Source: Escherichia phage 236Ecol005PP. Taken from it: 64,000 nucleotides of DNA. A program made the position numbers and the translations under genes. Location of the stretch: the sequence record PP434423.1. The stretch is one strand, 5' to 3'. The number at the start of each line of letters is the position of its first letter. Position 1 is the stretch's first letter. This document shows positions 47,743 through 56,700 of this stretch, in pieces. Under the pieces are notes generated by a model. The model was not told the DNA's origin. It made no database searches and saw only the letters and a program-made list of their open reading frames with translations.

Positions 47743-47913
47743 ACACTATAGCAAAAGTTGTGTTTCATTTAATTGTTCTTCCGAACTTTCTGAAACTGGT
47801 AGTTCTTTAATGTAATTATAGCAAGGCCCAGGATGTACAGGACCTTTGTCTGTTTCAACAACCAATGCAGAATCGATTGGAGTTTTACAGACAACACAAA
47901 TCTTATCTGACAT
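47743..47913 (-). CDS. small Cys-rich protein (uvsY.-2 position), 56 aa
   Basis: ATG 47913 with GGAGA RBS; CxxC...C pattern; below ORF-track cutoff. Confidence 0.45.
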
Positions 47914-47938
47914 GATTGTCTCCTCTAAATTATATATC

Positions 47939-47946
47939 TATTTATA
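47939..47946 (-). promoter_or_regulatory. late promoter TATAAATA upstream of the small Cys-rich ORF
   Basis: minus strand TATAAATA. Confidence 0.4.
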
Positions 47947-48166
47947 TAACTCTCATATGCATATCAATGCCCATATCTTTAGAATAAAAATATTCATCAA
48001 GATATCCGGCAAATTTTCCTTTAATATAAAGTACATCTTCACCGCATGGGTGGTCGGCCAGGATACGAATATCCTGGCGCTTGAGATTATACTTTTTCAT
48101 TAAGAATTGAATTTCCGTTTCGAATTCTTCTTCATAATTAAAAGCATCATCAATGCTATATTTCAT
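47942..48166 (-). CDS. hypothetical protein (uvsY.-1 position), 74 aa
   Basis: ATG start; ATGA overlap with uvsY stop. Confidence 0.6.
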   Translation of the reverse strand: MKYSIDDAFNYEEEFETEIQFLMKKYNLKRQDIRILADHPCGEDVLYIKGKFAGYLDEYFYSKDMGIDMHMRVI

Positions 48167-48579
48167 TATTTTCCAGCCTCAAATGCTCGCATGTCTTGAA
48201 TATGCTTAATAGCAAATCCACGTGATTTAATAGCATCAAGAGCTCCGCTACAGAAATCCAGTAAAATTCCCCAATATTGTAATGAAGTATCAACTTTTAA
48301 AACATCCTTATCAGCTGATAGAACTGTCTTCATTTCTGATTTTTCATAACGATCCATACTAAATTCATCACCATCTCCTCGTCCCGAGTAGTAGTCTAAT
48401 TTAGCTTTAAGAGCAACTTTTTTCTGTGCGTCAATTCTAAGCATTTCCTTTTTAATACTTGAATGCTTATTAAGCCATTTACTATATAACATCACATTAT
48501 TAGCTGCTTCATACTGTAATTTAGTCGAATCTATAAACACATCTTTCTTCAATTCTTCTTGAAGATCTTCTAATTTCAT
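48166..48579 (-). CDS. uvsY: UvsY recombination mediator
   Basis: 137 aa as T4 UvsY; synteny uvsW-uvsY-25. Confidence 0.85.
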   Translation of the reverse strand: MKLEDLQEELKKDVFIDSTKLQYEAANNVMLYSKWLNKHSSIKKEMLRIDAQKKVALKAKLDYYSGRGDGDEFSMDRYEKSEMKTVLSADKDVLKVDTSLQYWGILLDFCSGALDAIKSRGFAIKHIQDMRAFEAGK

Positions 48580-48619
48580 ATTGTTCTCTATTCAATTGTT
48601 ATTGGATGGACTTAGATTC

Positions 48620-48645
48620 ATTATACCACGTTTATACGTGAAGCA
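48620..48645 (-). promoter_or_regulatory. uvsY middle promoter (MotA box TGCTTCA, -10 TATAAT); candidate oriF-type origin
   Basis: minus TAATGCTTCA-N13-TATAAT; T4 oriF maps to the uvsY middle promoter (from memory). Confidence 0.45.
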
Positions 48646-49044
48646 TTATACTCTATTACTGGAAGCCAATTGCAGTTTTATCTGCTCAATATCATCAGGG
48701 TTATCGATGACCGAAAAGCGTATTTCTACTATCAGAGTATAATCATCATAAACCGGTATTACATTAACTGCTAATTTATCAATACGTGGCTCGTAGTTTC
48801 TTACTGCGCTTTCGATGTTACGCTCAACTGTATCAGCAGTAAGAGGAGTCATATTCTCAAAAAGCTGGTCAGATAAATCGCATCCAAATTCTGGGTCAAA
48901 AGGTCTCGACCCTTTTCTGGTTGTAATAATTCCTAAAAGGCTATTTTTAATTGACCTTAATCCAAGAGATCTAGAAACATCTTTGTCCCAATCCATTTTC
49001 ATTTCTGGGTCAATGTCAGAATAAAGCTTATTAATATTTGCCAT
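48646..49044 (-). CDS. 25: gp25 baseplate wedge protein
   Basis: 132 aa as T4 gp25; synteny. Confidence 0.9.
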   Translation of the reverse strand: MANINKLYSDIDPEMKMDWDKDVSRSLGLRSIKNSLLGIITTRKGSRPFDPEFGCDLSDQLFENMTPLTADTVERNIESAVRNYEPRIDKLAVNVIPVYDDYTLIVEIRFSVIDNPDDIEQIKLQLASSNRV

Positions 49045-49670
49045 TACAATAGCTCAAAGAATTCTTTGAGTCCTCTTATTACATGAGCGTGAGTTTTTCC
49101 ACACTCTGGACACTTAATTGGAACAGCCAAATAAACAGTAGGCTTTAAAAGCATATCTTTTATAGCTACAATATCTGACTCTGTGATGATAGAATATAAA
49201 TCTTCCAGTTCCTTTTCATTTAAGTCTTCAACTGGAATGCTTTCCCCGTTAGCATGAATCGTTTCTATGCATGATACTATCATGTGGGCTATATTTTTAT
49301 CATCAAAAATTTTAGGGTAATGGAACTTAATTTTAATGTCACCCAGTGTATACCAGAGGTCTTCTGGTGCATCTATTTGTGTATGTAATAGATTTATATG
49401 GGTTGGTATTTCAGTTCCACAGGTGCACTTCCAGGAGTTTTCATGATTAACTTCTCCAAGAGAATGCGCCCATAAATGAATCAGCAGTAGTTCTGATTCT
49501 TGGCGGTTTAAATCTTTTGCATTTGTGCAGTCTTTGATTAGCTTTTTAACAATCTCTTCGACTGAACCGTTCTTTTTAGCAGTAATAAGTTCTAGATATT
49601 CTTTAAGAGTAAATGCGCGACAGTTGATTATTTTAGAACCAACTCTCACGTCAAATTTGTATTCATACAT
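49044..49670 (-). CDS. 26: gp26 baseplate hub protein
   Basis: 208 aa as T4 gp26; synteny. Confidence 0.85.
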   Translation of the reverse strand: MYEYKFDVRVGSKIINCRAFTLKEYLELITAKKNGSVEEIVKKLIKDCTNAKDLNRQESELLLIHLWAHSLGEVNHENSWKCTCGTEIPTHINLLHTQIDAPEDLWYTLGDIKIKFHYPKIFDDKNIAHMIVSCIETIHANGESIPVEDLNEKELEDLYSIITESDIVAIKDMLLKPTVYLAVPIKCPECGKTHAHVIRGLKEFFELL

Positions 49671-49691
49671 ATTTAGCTCCTTTATTTATCA

Positions 49692-49699
49692 TATTTATA
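49692..49699 (-). promoter_or_regulatory. late promoter TATAAATA for 26-25
   Basis: minus TATAAATA overlapping the plus-strand motif. Confidence 0.5.
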
Positions 49700-49703
49700 A
49701 ATA
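49696..49703 (+). promoter_or_regulatory. late promoter TATAAATA for gene 51
   Basis: exact TATAAATA 18 nt upstream of ATG 49721. Confidence 0.55.
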
Positions 49704-49720
49704 GAATAAAAGGAGCATCT

Positions 49721-50470
49721 ATGGCAAACATTATTCGTTGTAAATTACCAGATGGTGTTCATCGTTTTAAACCATTTACGGTAGAAGATTATCGAGATTT
49801 TTTGTTAGTTCGAAACGATATAGAACATCGGTCACCACAAGAACAAAAAGAAATAATTGCTGATTTAATTGCTGATTATTTTGGAGACTATCCGAAGACT
49901 TGGCAACCATTTATATTTTTGCAGGTATTTGTAGGGTCGATAGGTAAAACTAAAGTACCGGTCACATTTGTATGTCCAAAATGTAAAAAAGAAAAGACAG
50001 TTCCATTTGAAATATATCAAAAAGAATTAAAGGAACCTGTTTTTGATGTAGCTAATGTTAAAATTAAATTAAAGTTTCCTTCTGAGTTTTATGAAAATAA
50101 AGCAAAGATGATTACTGAAAATATTCATTCTGTTCAAGTAGATGAAACTTGGTATGATTGGAAGGAAATTAGCGAATCAAGTCAAATAGAACTCGTTGAC
50201 GCCATCGAGATAGAAACATTAGAAAAAATTCTCGATGCAATGAATCCTATTAATTTAACTCTACATATGTCATGCTGTAATAAGTATGTAAAAAAATACA
50301 CTGATATAGTAGATGTGTTTAAGCTATTAGTTAACCCAGATGAAATATTTACTTTTTATCAAATCAATCACACGCTCGTAAAAAGTAATTATAGCTTAAA
50401 TTCAATAATGAAAATGATTCCTGCCGAGCGCGGATTCGTATTAAAACTGATTGAGAAGGATAAACAATAA
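49721..50470 (+). CDS. 51: gp51 baseplate hub assembly catalyst
   Basis: 249 aa as T4 gp51; AGGAG RBS. Confidence 0.85.
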   Translation: MANIIRCKLPDGVHRFKPFTVEDYRDFLLVRNDIEHRSPQEQKEIIADLIADYFGDYPKTWQPFIFLQVFVGSIGKTKVPVTFVCPKCKKEKTVPFEIYQKELKEPVFDVANVKIKLKFPSEFYENKAKMITENIHSVQVDETWYDWKEISESSQIELVDAIEIETLEKILDAMNPINLTLHMSCCNKYVKKYTDIVDVFKLLVNPDEIFTFYQINHTLVKSNYSLNSIMKMIPAERGFVLKLIEKDKQ

Positions 50471-51645
50471 TGAGTATGTTGCAACGCCCAGGATATCCAA
50501 ATCTCAGCGTTAAATTATTTGATAGCTACGACGCTTGGAGTAATAATAGATTTGTTGAATTAGCTGCTACTATTACCACATTAACTATGCGGGATTCTCT
50601 TTATGGACGAAATGAAGGAATGCTGCAGTTTTATGATTCTAAAAACATCCATACAAAAATGGATGGAAATGAAATAATTCAGATTTCTGTAGCTAATGCA
50701 AATGATATTAATAATGTTAAAACACGAATTTATGGATGTAAGCATTTTTCAGTGTCAGTAGATTCAAAAGGCGATAACATCATTGCTATTGAATTGGGAA
50801 CTATTCATTCTATAGAAAATCTTAAATTTGGCAGACCGTTTTTCCCTGATGCAGGTGAATCTATAAAGGAAATGCTTGGCGTCATTTATCAAGACCGTAC
50901 GCTATTGACTCCAGCAATAAATGCTATAAATGCTTATGTTCCTGATATTCCGTGGACTAGTACATTTGAAAACTATTTGTCGTATGTCAGAGAAGTTGCT
51001 CTAGCTGTAGGAAGTGACAAATTTGTATTTGTGTGGCAAGACATCATGGGAGTTAACATGATGGACTATGATATGATGATAAATCAAGAACCATATCCAA
51101 TGATTGTCGGTGAGCCATCTTTAATAGGTCAATTCATCCAAGAATTAAAATATCCATTAGCATATGATTTCGTTTGGTTGACTAAATCGAATCCTCACAA
51201 ACGTGACCCAATGAAAAATGCTACTATCTATGCACATTCATTTTTGGATTCTTCATTGCCAATGATTACTACAGGAAAGGGCGAAAACTCTATTGTAGTG
51301 TCAAGATCAGGTGCTTATTCTGAAATGACTTATAGGAATGGGTATGAAGAAGCTATTCGTCTTCAAACTATGGCACAATACGATGGCTATGCTAAATGTT
51401 CTACTGTCGGTAATTTTAACTTGACACCTGGCGTTAAAATTATTTTTAACGATAGTAAAAACCAATTTAAAACAGAATTTTACGTTGATGAAGTCATCCA
51501 TGAATTATCAAATAATAATTCAGTAACTCATCTATATATGTTCACTAATGCAACGAAACTGGAAACAATAGACCCAGTTAAGGTTAAAAATGAATTTAAA
51601 TCTGATACTACCACTGAAGAAAGTAGTTCTTCCAATAAGCAATAA
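50470..51645 (+). CDS. 27: gp27 baseplate hub protein
   Basis: 391 aa as T4 gp27; synteny. Confidence 0.9.
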   Translation: MSMLQRPGYPNLSVKLFDSYDAWSNNRFVELAATITTLTMRDSLYGRNEGMLQFYDSKNIHTKMDGNEIIQISVANANDINNVKTRIYGCKHFSVSVDSKGDNIIAIELGTIHSIENLKFGRPFFPDAGESIKEMLGVIYQDRTLLTPAINAINAYVPDIPWTSTFENYLSYVREVALAVGSDKFVFVWQDIMGVNMMDYDMMINQEPYPMIVGEPSLIGQFIQELKYPLAYDFVWLTKSNPHKRDPMKNATIYAHSFLDSSLPMITTGKGENSIVVSRSGAYSEMTYRNGYEEAIRLQTMAQYDGYAKCSTVGNFNLTPGVKIIFNDSKNQFKTEFYVDEVIHELSNNNSVTHLYMFTNATKLETIDPVKVKNEFKSDTTTEESSSSNKQ

Positions 51646-52123
51646 AGAAGTTTCTATTCCTAAAATGGGTCTTAAACATTATAACATTTTAAAAGATGTT
51701 AAAGGTCCTGATGAAAATTTAAAACTTCTTATTGATTCTATTTGTCCGAATTTATCACCAGCAGAAGTTGATTTCGTTTCCATTCATTTATTGGAATTTA
51801 ATGGAAAGATTAAATCTCGTAAAGAAATAGATAGTTATACTTATGACATTAATGATGTTTATGTATGCCAAAGATTAGAATTTCAATACCAAGGAAATAC
51901 ATTTTATTTTAGACCGCCTGGAAAATTTGAACAATTTTTAACTGTGAGCGATATGTTATCCAAATGCTTGCTTAAGGTCAATGATGAAGTTAAAGAAATT
52001 AATTTTCTTGAGATGCCAGCATTCGTTTTAAAATGGGCAAATGATATTTTTACAACTTTAGCAATTCCTGGCCCTAATGGTCCAATAACCGGAATTGGCA
52101 ATATTATTGGATTATTTGAATGA
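51590..52123 (+). CDS. 28: gp28 baseplate hub distal subunit
   Basis: 177 aa as T4 gp28; overlaps 3-prime end of gene 27. Confidence 0.8.
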   Translation: MNLNLILPLKKVVLPISNKEVSIPKMGLKHYNILKDVKGPDENLKLLIDSICPNLSPAEVDFVSIHLLEFNGKIKSRKEIDSYTYDINDVYVCQRLEFQYQGNTFYFRPPGKFEQFLTVSDMLSKCLLKVNDEVKEINFLEMPAFVLKWANDIFTTLAIPGPNGPITGIGNIIGLFE

Positions 52124-53892
52124 AAAAGCCACAAGAAATGCAAACGATGCGTAGAAAAGTTATTTCAGATAATAAACCAACACAGGAAGCGGCTAAATCC
52201 GCTTCTAACACTTTATCTGGACTTAACGATATATCTACGAAATTGGATGATGCTCAAGCTGCTTCTGAGTTAATTGCTCAAACTGTCGAAGAAAAATCGA
52301 ATGAAATAATTGGAGCAATTGACAACGTAGAAAGCGCAGTGAGTGATACTACCGCTGGTTCTGAGTTAATTGCTGAAACTGTTGAAATTGGCAATAATAT
52401 TAATAAAGAAATCGGTGAATCACTCGGGAGCAAATTAGATAAATTAACAAGTTTACTAGAGCAAAAAATTCAGACAGCCGGAATTCAACAAACAGGAACT
52501 AGTTTAGCTACGGTTGAAAGCGCTATTCCTGTTAAAGTTGTTGAGGACGATACAGCTGAATCTGTGGGTCCTTTATTACCGGCTCCTGAAGCAGTTAATA
52601 ATGATCCTGATGCTGATTTTTTCCCTACCCCTCAGCCAGTTGAACCCAAACAAGAATCACCAGAAGAAAAACAGAAAAAAGACGCATTTAACTTAAAATT
52701 ATCTCAAGCTTTAGATAAATTAACGAAGACTGTTGATTTTGGATTTAAGAAATCCATTTCAATTACTGATAAAATATCGAGCATGTTATTTAAGTATACT
52801 GTCAGTGCTGCTATTGAAGCTGCTAAAATGACTGCAATGATATTGGCTGTTGTTGTCGGAATAGATCTGTTGATGGTTCATTTCAAATATTGGTCAGATA
52901 AATTTTCGCAGGCTTGGGATTTGTTTAGTACAGACTTTACTAAATTCTCTAGCGAAACCGGAACATGGGGTCCTTTATTACAGAGCATCTTTGGTTCTAT
53001 TGATAAAATTAAGAAGCTGTGGGAAGCTGGAGATTGGGGCGGATTGACAGCAGCTATTGTAGAAGGGCTTGGAAAGGTTCTTTTTAATTTAGGAGAGCTT
53101 ATTCAACTTGGTATGGCTAAATTATCTGCGGCAATTCTTCGAGTCATTCCTGGTATGAAGGATACTGCTGATGAAGTAGAAGGAAGAGCACTAGAAAATT
53201 TCCAAAATACTACAAATGCTTCTCTTAACAAAGAAGACCAAGAAAAAGTTGCAAACTATCAATATAAAAGAATGAATGGAGAACTTGGTCCGATAGCAAA
53301 AGGACTCGACAAAATTGCGAACTGGAAAACTCGTGCATCTAACTGGATTCGTGGTGTTGATAATAAAGAAGCACTAACGACTGATGAAGAGAGAGCAGAG
53401 GAAGAAGAAAAATTAAAGCAACTTTCTCCGGAGGAAGCTAAAATTGCTTTAATGAAAGCTAATGAAGCTCGTGCTGCTATGAATCGTTTTGATGAATATG
53501 CTAATTCAGCTGATATGAGTAAAGACTCAACAGTTAAATCAGTTGAAGCTGCCTATGAAGACCTTAAAAAACGGATGGATGACCCGGATTTAAATAATTC
53601 ACCGGCAGTTAAAAAAGAACTTGCTGCTAGATTTTCTAAAATTGATGCTACTTATCAAGAGCTCAAGAAAAATCAGCCTAATGCCAAACCTCAAACTTCT
53701 GCTAAATCGCCAGAAGCAAAACAAGTCCAGGTAATAGAAAAGAACAAAGCGCAACAAGCTCCTGTTCAACAAGCATCTCCTTCGATCAATAATACTAATA
53801 ATGTTGTTAAGAAAAATACTGTCGTTCATAATATGACACCCGTAACGAGCACGACTGCTCCTGGTGTATTTGATGCGACTGGAGTTAATTAA
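52120..53892 (+). CDS. 29: gp29 tail tape measure / hub protein
   Basis: 590 aa as T4 gp29; synteny. Confidence 0.9.
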   Translation: MKKPQEMQTMRRKVISDNKPTQEAAKSASNTLSGLNDISTKLDDAQAASELIAQTVEEKSNEIIGAIDNVESAVSDTTAGSELIAETVEIGNNINKEIGESLGSKLDKLTSLLEQKIQTAGIQQTGTSLATVESAIPVKVVEDDTAESVGPLLPAPEAVNNDPDADFFPTPQPVEPKQESPEEKQKKDAFNLKLSQALDKLTKTVDFGFKKSISITDKISSMLFKYTVSAAIEAAKMTAMILAVVVGIDLLMVHFKYWSDKFSQAWDLFSTDFTKFSSETGTWGPLLQSIFGSIDKIKKLWEAGDWGGLTAAIVEGLGKVLFNLGELIQLGMAKLSAAILRVIPGMKDTADEVEGRALENFQNTTNASLNKEDQEKVANYQYKRMNGELGPIAKGLDKIANWKTRASNWIRGVDNKEALTTDEERAEEEEKLKQLSPEEAKIALMKANEARAAMNRFDEYANSADMSKDSTVKSVEAAYEDLKKRMDDPDLNNSPAVKKELAARFSKIDATYQELKKNQPNAKPQTSAKSPEAKQVQVIEKNKAQQAPVQQASPSINNTNNVVKKNTVVHNMTPVTSTTAPGVFDATGVN

Positions 53893-53900
53893 GGAATAAT

Positions 53901-54995
53901 ATGGCAATTGTTAAAGAAATAACTGCTGATTTAATTAAAAAGTCCGGTGAGAAAATTTCAGCCGGACAGAGTACTAAATCAGAAGTAGCAACTAAAACAT
54001 ACACTGCCCAGTTTCCAACTGGGCGTGCTAGTGGTAATGACACTACAGGGGACTTCCAGGTAACAGATCTATATAAGAATGGATTATTATTTACTGCATA
54101 CAATATGTCATCTAGGGATTCTGGAAGTCTTAGATCGATGAGATCTAACTACTCTTCTTCATCTTCGAGTATTTTAAGTACAGCTAGAAACACTATTAGT
54201 AGTACAGTATCAAAACTATCAAATGGATTAATATCAAACAATAATTCAGGAACAATAAGTAAAGCTCCTGTGGCAAATATTCTTTTACCGAGATCTAAAT
54301 CTGATGTTGATACATCATCACATAGATTTAATGATGTTCAAGAAAGTCTTATCAGCAGAGGCGGAGGTACTGCTACTGGTGTGCTAAGTAATATTGCTTC
54401 AACTGCAGTGTTTGGGGCACTGGAAAGTATAACGCAAGGTATAATGGCTGATAATAATGAACAGATTTATACAACAGCCAGAAGTATGTATGGTGGTGCT
54501 GAGAATAGAACTAAAGTGTTTACATGGGATTTGACTCCACGTTCAACAGAAGATTTAATGGCTATTATTAATATCTATCAATATTTTAACTATTTTTCTT
54601 ATGGCGAAACAGGTAAATCTCAATACGCTGCTGAAATAAAGGGGTATTTGGATGATTGGTATCGTTCTACGTTAATTGAACCTTTATCTCCGGAAGACGC
54701 AGCTAAAAATAAAACACTATTTGAGAAAATGACAGCAAGTTTAACGAACGTTCTAGTAGTTTCAAACCCGACAGTTTGGATGGTGAAAAACTTTGGTGCA
54801 ACATCTAAGTTTGATGGAAAAACGGAAATATTTGGCCCATGTCAAATACAGAGCATTAGATTTGATAAAACGCCTAACGGTAACTTTAATGGATTAGCTA
54901 TTGCTCCAAACCTCTCTAGTACATTTACTCTTGAGATTACTATGAGAGAAATTATCACGTTAAACCGTGCTTCTTTATATGCGGGGACTTTTTAA
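53901..54995 (+). CDS. 48: gp48 baseplate-tail tube junction protein
   Basis: 364 aa as T4 gp48; synteny. Confidence 0.9.
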   Translation: MAIVKEITADLIKKSGEKISAGQSTKSEVATKTYTAQFPTGRASGNDTTGDFQVTDLYKNGLLFTAYNMSSRDSGSLRSMRSNYSSSSSSILSTARNTISSTVSKLSNGLISNNNSGTISKAPVANILLPRSKSDVDTSSHRFNDVQESLISRGGGTATGVLSNIASTAVFGALESITQGIMADNNEQIYTTARSMYGGAENRTKVFTWDLTPRSTEDLMAIINIYQYFNYFSYGETGKSQYAAEIKGYLDDWYRSTLIEPLSPEDAAKNKTLFEKMTASLTNVLVVSNPTVWMVKNFGATSKFDGKTEIFGPCQIQSIRFDKTPNGNFNGLAIAPNLSSTFTLEITMREIITLNRASLYAGTF

Positions 54996-55960
54996 TGTAT
55001 TCTTTAGAGGAATTTAATAATCAAGCAATAAACGCAGATTTCCAACGTAATAATATGTTTAGCTGCGTTTTTGCGACAACTCCATCAACTAAAAGCTCTT
55101 CGTTGATAAGTTCAATTAGCAACTTTTCTTATAATAACTTGGGCCTAAATTCAAATTGGTTAGGATTAACTCAAGGTGATATTAATCAGGGAATTACCAC
55201 GCTAATTACAGCTGGCACACAAAAACTAATAAGAAAATCAGGAGTCAGTAAATATCTCATTGGTGCCATGAGTCAACGTACTGTCCAGAGTTTATTAGGC
55301 TCATTTACAGTTGGTACATATTTAATTGACTTCTTTAACATGGCATATAACTCATCTGGATTGATGATATACTCTGTAAAAATGCCAGAGAATAGATTAT
55401 CCTATGAAACTGACTGGAACTATAATTCTCCTAATATTCGTATAACTGGGAGAGAATTAGACCCTTTGGTTATTTCATTTAGAATGGATTCAGAAGCTTG
55501 TAACTATCGTGCAATGCAAGACTGGGTTAACGCTGTTCAAGACCCAGTAACTGGATTGCGTGCTTTGCCACAAGATGTCGAGGCAGATATTCAGGTTAAT
55601 CTTCATTCTCGCAATGGATTGCCTCATACTGCGGTGATGTTCACCGGATGCATTCCAATATCAGTGAGCGCTCCTGAGCTATCATATGATGGAGATAACC
55701 AAATAACTACATTTGATGTTACTTTTGCGTACAGAGTGATGCAGGCTGGAGCAGTTGATAGGCAAGCTGCGCTTGAATGGCTTGAATCTGCTGCTATAAA
55801 TGGTATTCAAAGCGTTCTCGGAAATAGTGGAGGTGTTACTGGACTATCTAATTCGCTTTCACGACTTAGTAGATTAGGAGGAACTGCGGGAAGCATTTCA
55901 AACATTAATACTATGACGGGAATTGTCAACTCGCAAAGTAAAATATTAGGAGCAATATAA
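54995..55960 (+). CDS. 54: gp54 tail tube initiator
   Basis: 321 aa; gp48 paralogue; synteny. Confidence 0.9.
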   Translation: MYSLEEFNNQAINADFQRNNMFSCVFATTPSTKSSSLISSISNFSYNNLGLNSNWLGLTQGDINQGITTLITAGTQKLIRKSGVSKYLIGAMSQRTVQSLLGSFTVGTYLIDFFNMAYNSSGLMIYSVKMPENRLSYETDWNYNSPNIRITGRELDPLVISFRMDSEACNYRAMQDWVNAVQDPVTGLRALPQDVEADIQVNLHSRNGLPHTAVMFTGCIPISVSAPELSYDGDNQITTFDVTFAYRVMQAGAVDRQAALEWLESAAINGIQSVLGNSGGVTGLSNSLSRLSRLGGTAGSISNINTMTGIVNSQSKILGAI

Positions 55961-55964
55961 CAAT

Positions 55965-55993
55965 GGGGACCTTTCGGTCCCCATATTTTTATT
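55965..55993 (+). terminator. rho-independent terminator after gene 54
   Basis: GGGGACCTTTCGGTCCCC followed by ATATTTTTATTT. Confidence 0.7.
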
Positions 55994-56279
55994 TACGGAA
56001 TGAAATAAAAGCAGCAACTGAAGCAACTAAACTGTCTTCAATATAAACTTCAATTTTTACCGGAGCTTCTGACTCAAATTTACCTGTTACTACACCTTGG
56101 AAAATACTTTCAGTCTGTTCTGGCTTTGAAAAATTTTCAGAAGGAAAAATTCCGAACTTTTTATCTGTTCCAAAAATTTTGATAAATTCATCATAAACTG
56201 CTTCATTAAAAGCATTATCAGCAGGAATAACGCCTTCAACTACAAGTTCTTGACCTAAAAAGCGCAAAGAAGATTTCAT
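55989..56279 (-). CDS. hypothetical protein (alt.-3 position), 96 aa
   Basis: ATG start; SD GAGG 8 nt upstream. Confidence 0.6.
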   Translation of the reverse strand: MKSSLRFLGQELVVEGVIPADNAFNEAVYDEFIKIFGTDKKFGIFPSENFSKPEQTESIFQGVVTGKFESEAPVKIEVYIEDSLVASVAAFISFRK

Positions 56280-56287
56280 TTTGTGTT

Positions 56288-56330
56288 CCTCATGTTATGT
56301 CAGTAAGATTACTATAACACAACATGAGGG
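56288..56330 (-). promoter_or_regulatory. inverted repeat CCTCATGTT/AACATGAGG able to sequester the alt.-3 RBS
   Basis: 9-bp perfect inverted repeat; downstream arm includes SD GAGG. Confidence 0.45.
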
Positions 56331-56340
56331 ACTTGTAAAC
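56311..56340 (-). promoter_or_regulatory. T4-type early promoter (-35 GTTTAC, -10 TATAGT) embedded in the hairpin
   Basis: GTTTAC-N18-TATAGT on minus strand. Confidence 0.45.
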
Positions 56341-56515
56341 TACATTTTGAACTTTTTAGTACGCGTAATAGGCATGCGTCGATTTTATACTGTTTCATTG
56401 TTTGAAGAGCAGTATCAAAAACAGCATTAATGACACCAATTGGATTTCCGCCCAAGTTTTTAAGCTTAACTAATGATAGTTTCTCATTAACACCTATCAT
56501 TACGATATGCATCAT
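56312..56515 (-). CDS. alt N-terminal paralogue fragment, downstream part (similar to Alt residues ~64-125)
   Basis: MMHIV...KLKNLGGNPIGVINAVFDTALQTMKQYKIDACLLRVLKS aligns with Alt MMHIV...KLKGLGPSPINYINSVFTVAMQTMRQYKIDACMLRILKS. Confidence 0.6.
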   Translation of the reverse strand: MMHIVMIGVNEKLSLVKLKNLGGNPIGVINAVFDTALQTMKQYKIDACLLRVLKSSKCSLQVPHVVL

Positions 56516-56697
56516 TTTATCGCCCGGCTTAACGTTTTATTCGTATCACCGCCAGAGGTGTATGTACAAAATCTAAATCCAGGAAGCACACTTTCTTCAC
56601 CGGCTTGAATAGCAAAAATTTGAGGTATTTTATGCTTAGGATTTAAGTTAACAACCGGCGCCGAAGCGCCGTCAAATAATTCTGTAATAAGTTCCAT
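56512..56697 (-). CDS. alt N-terminal paralogue fragment, upstream part (similar to Alt residues 1-60)
   Basis: MELITELFD...KIPQIF...PGFRFCTYTSGGDTN aligns with Alt N-terminus; frameshifted relative to the next ORF. Confidence 0.6.
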   Translation of the reverse strand: MELITELFDGASAPVVNLNPKHKIPQIFAIQAGEESVLPGFRFCTYTSGGDTNKTLSRAIK

Positions 56698-56700
56698 GAT

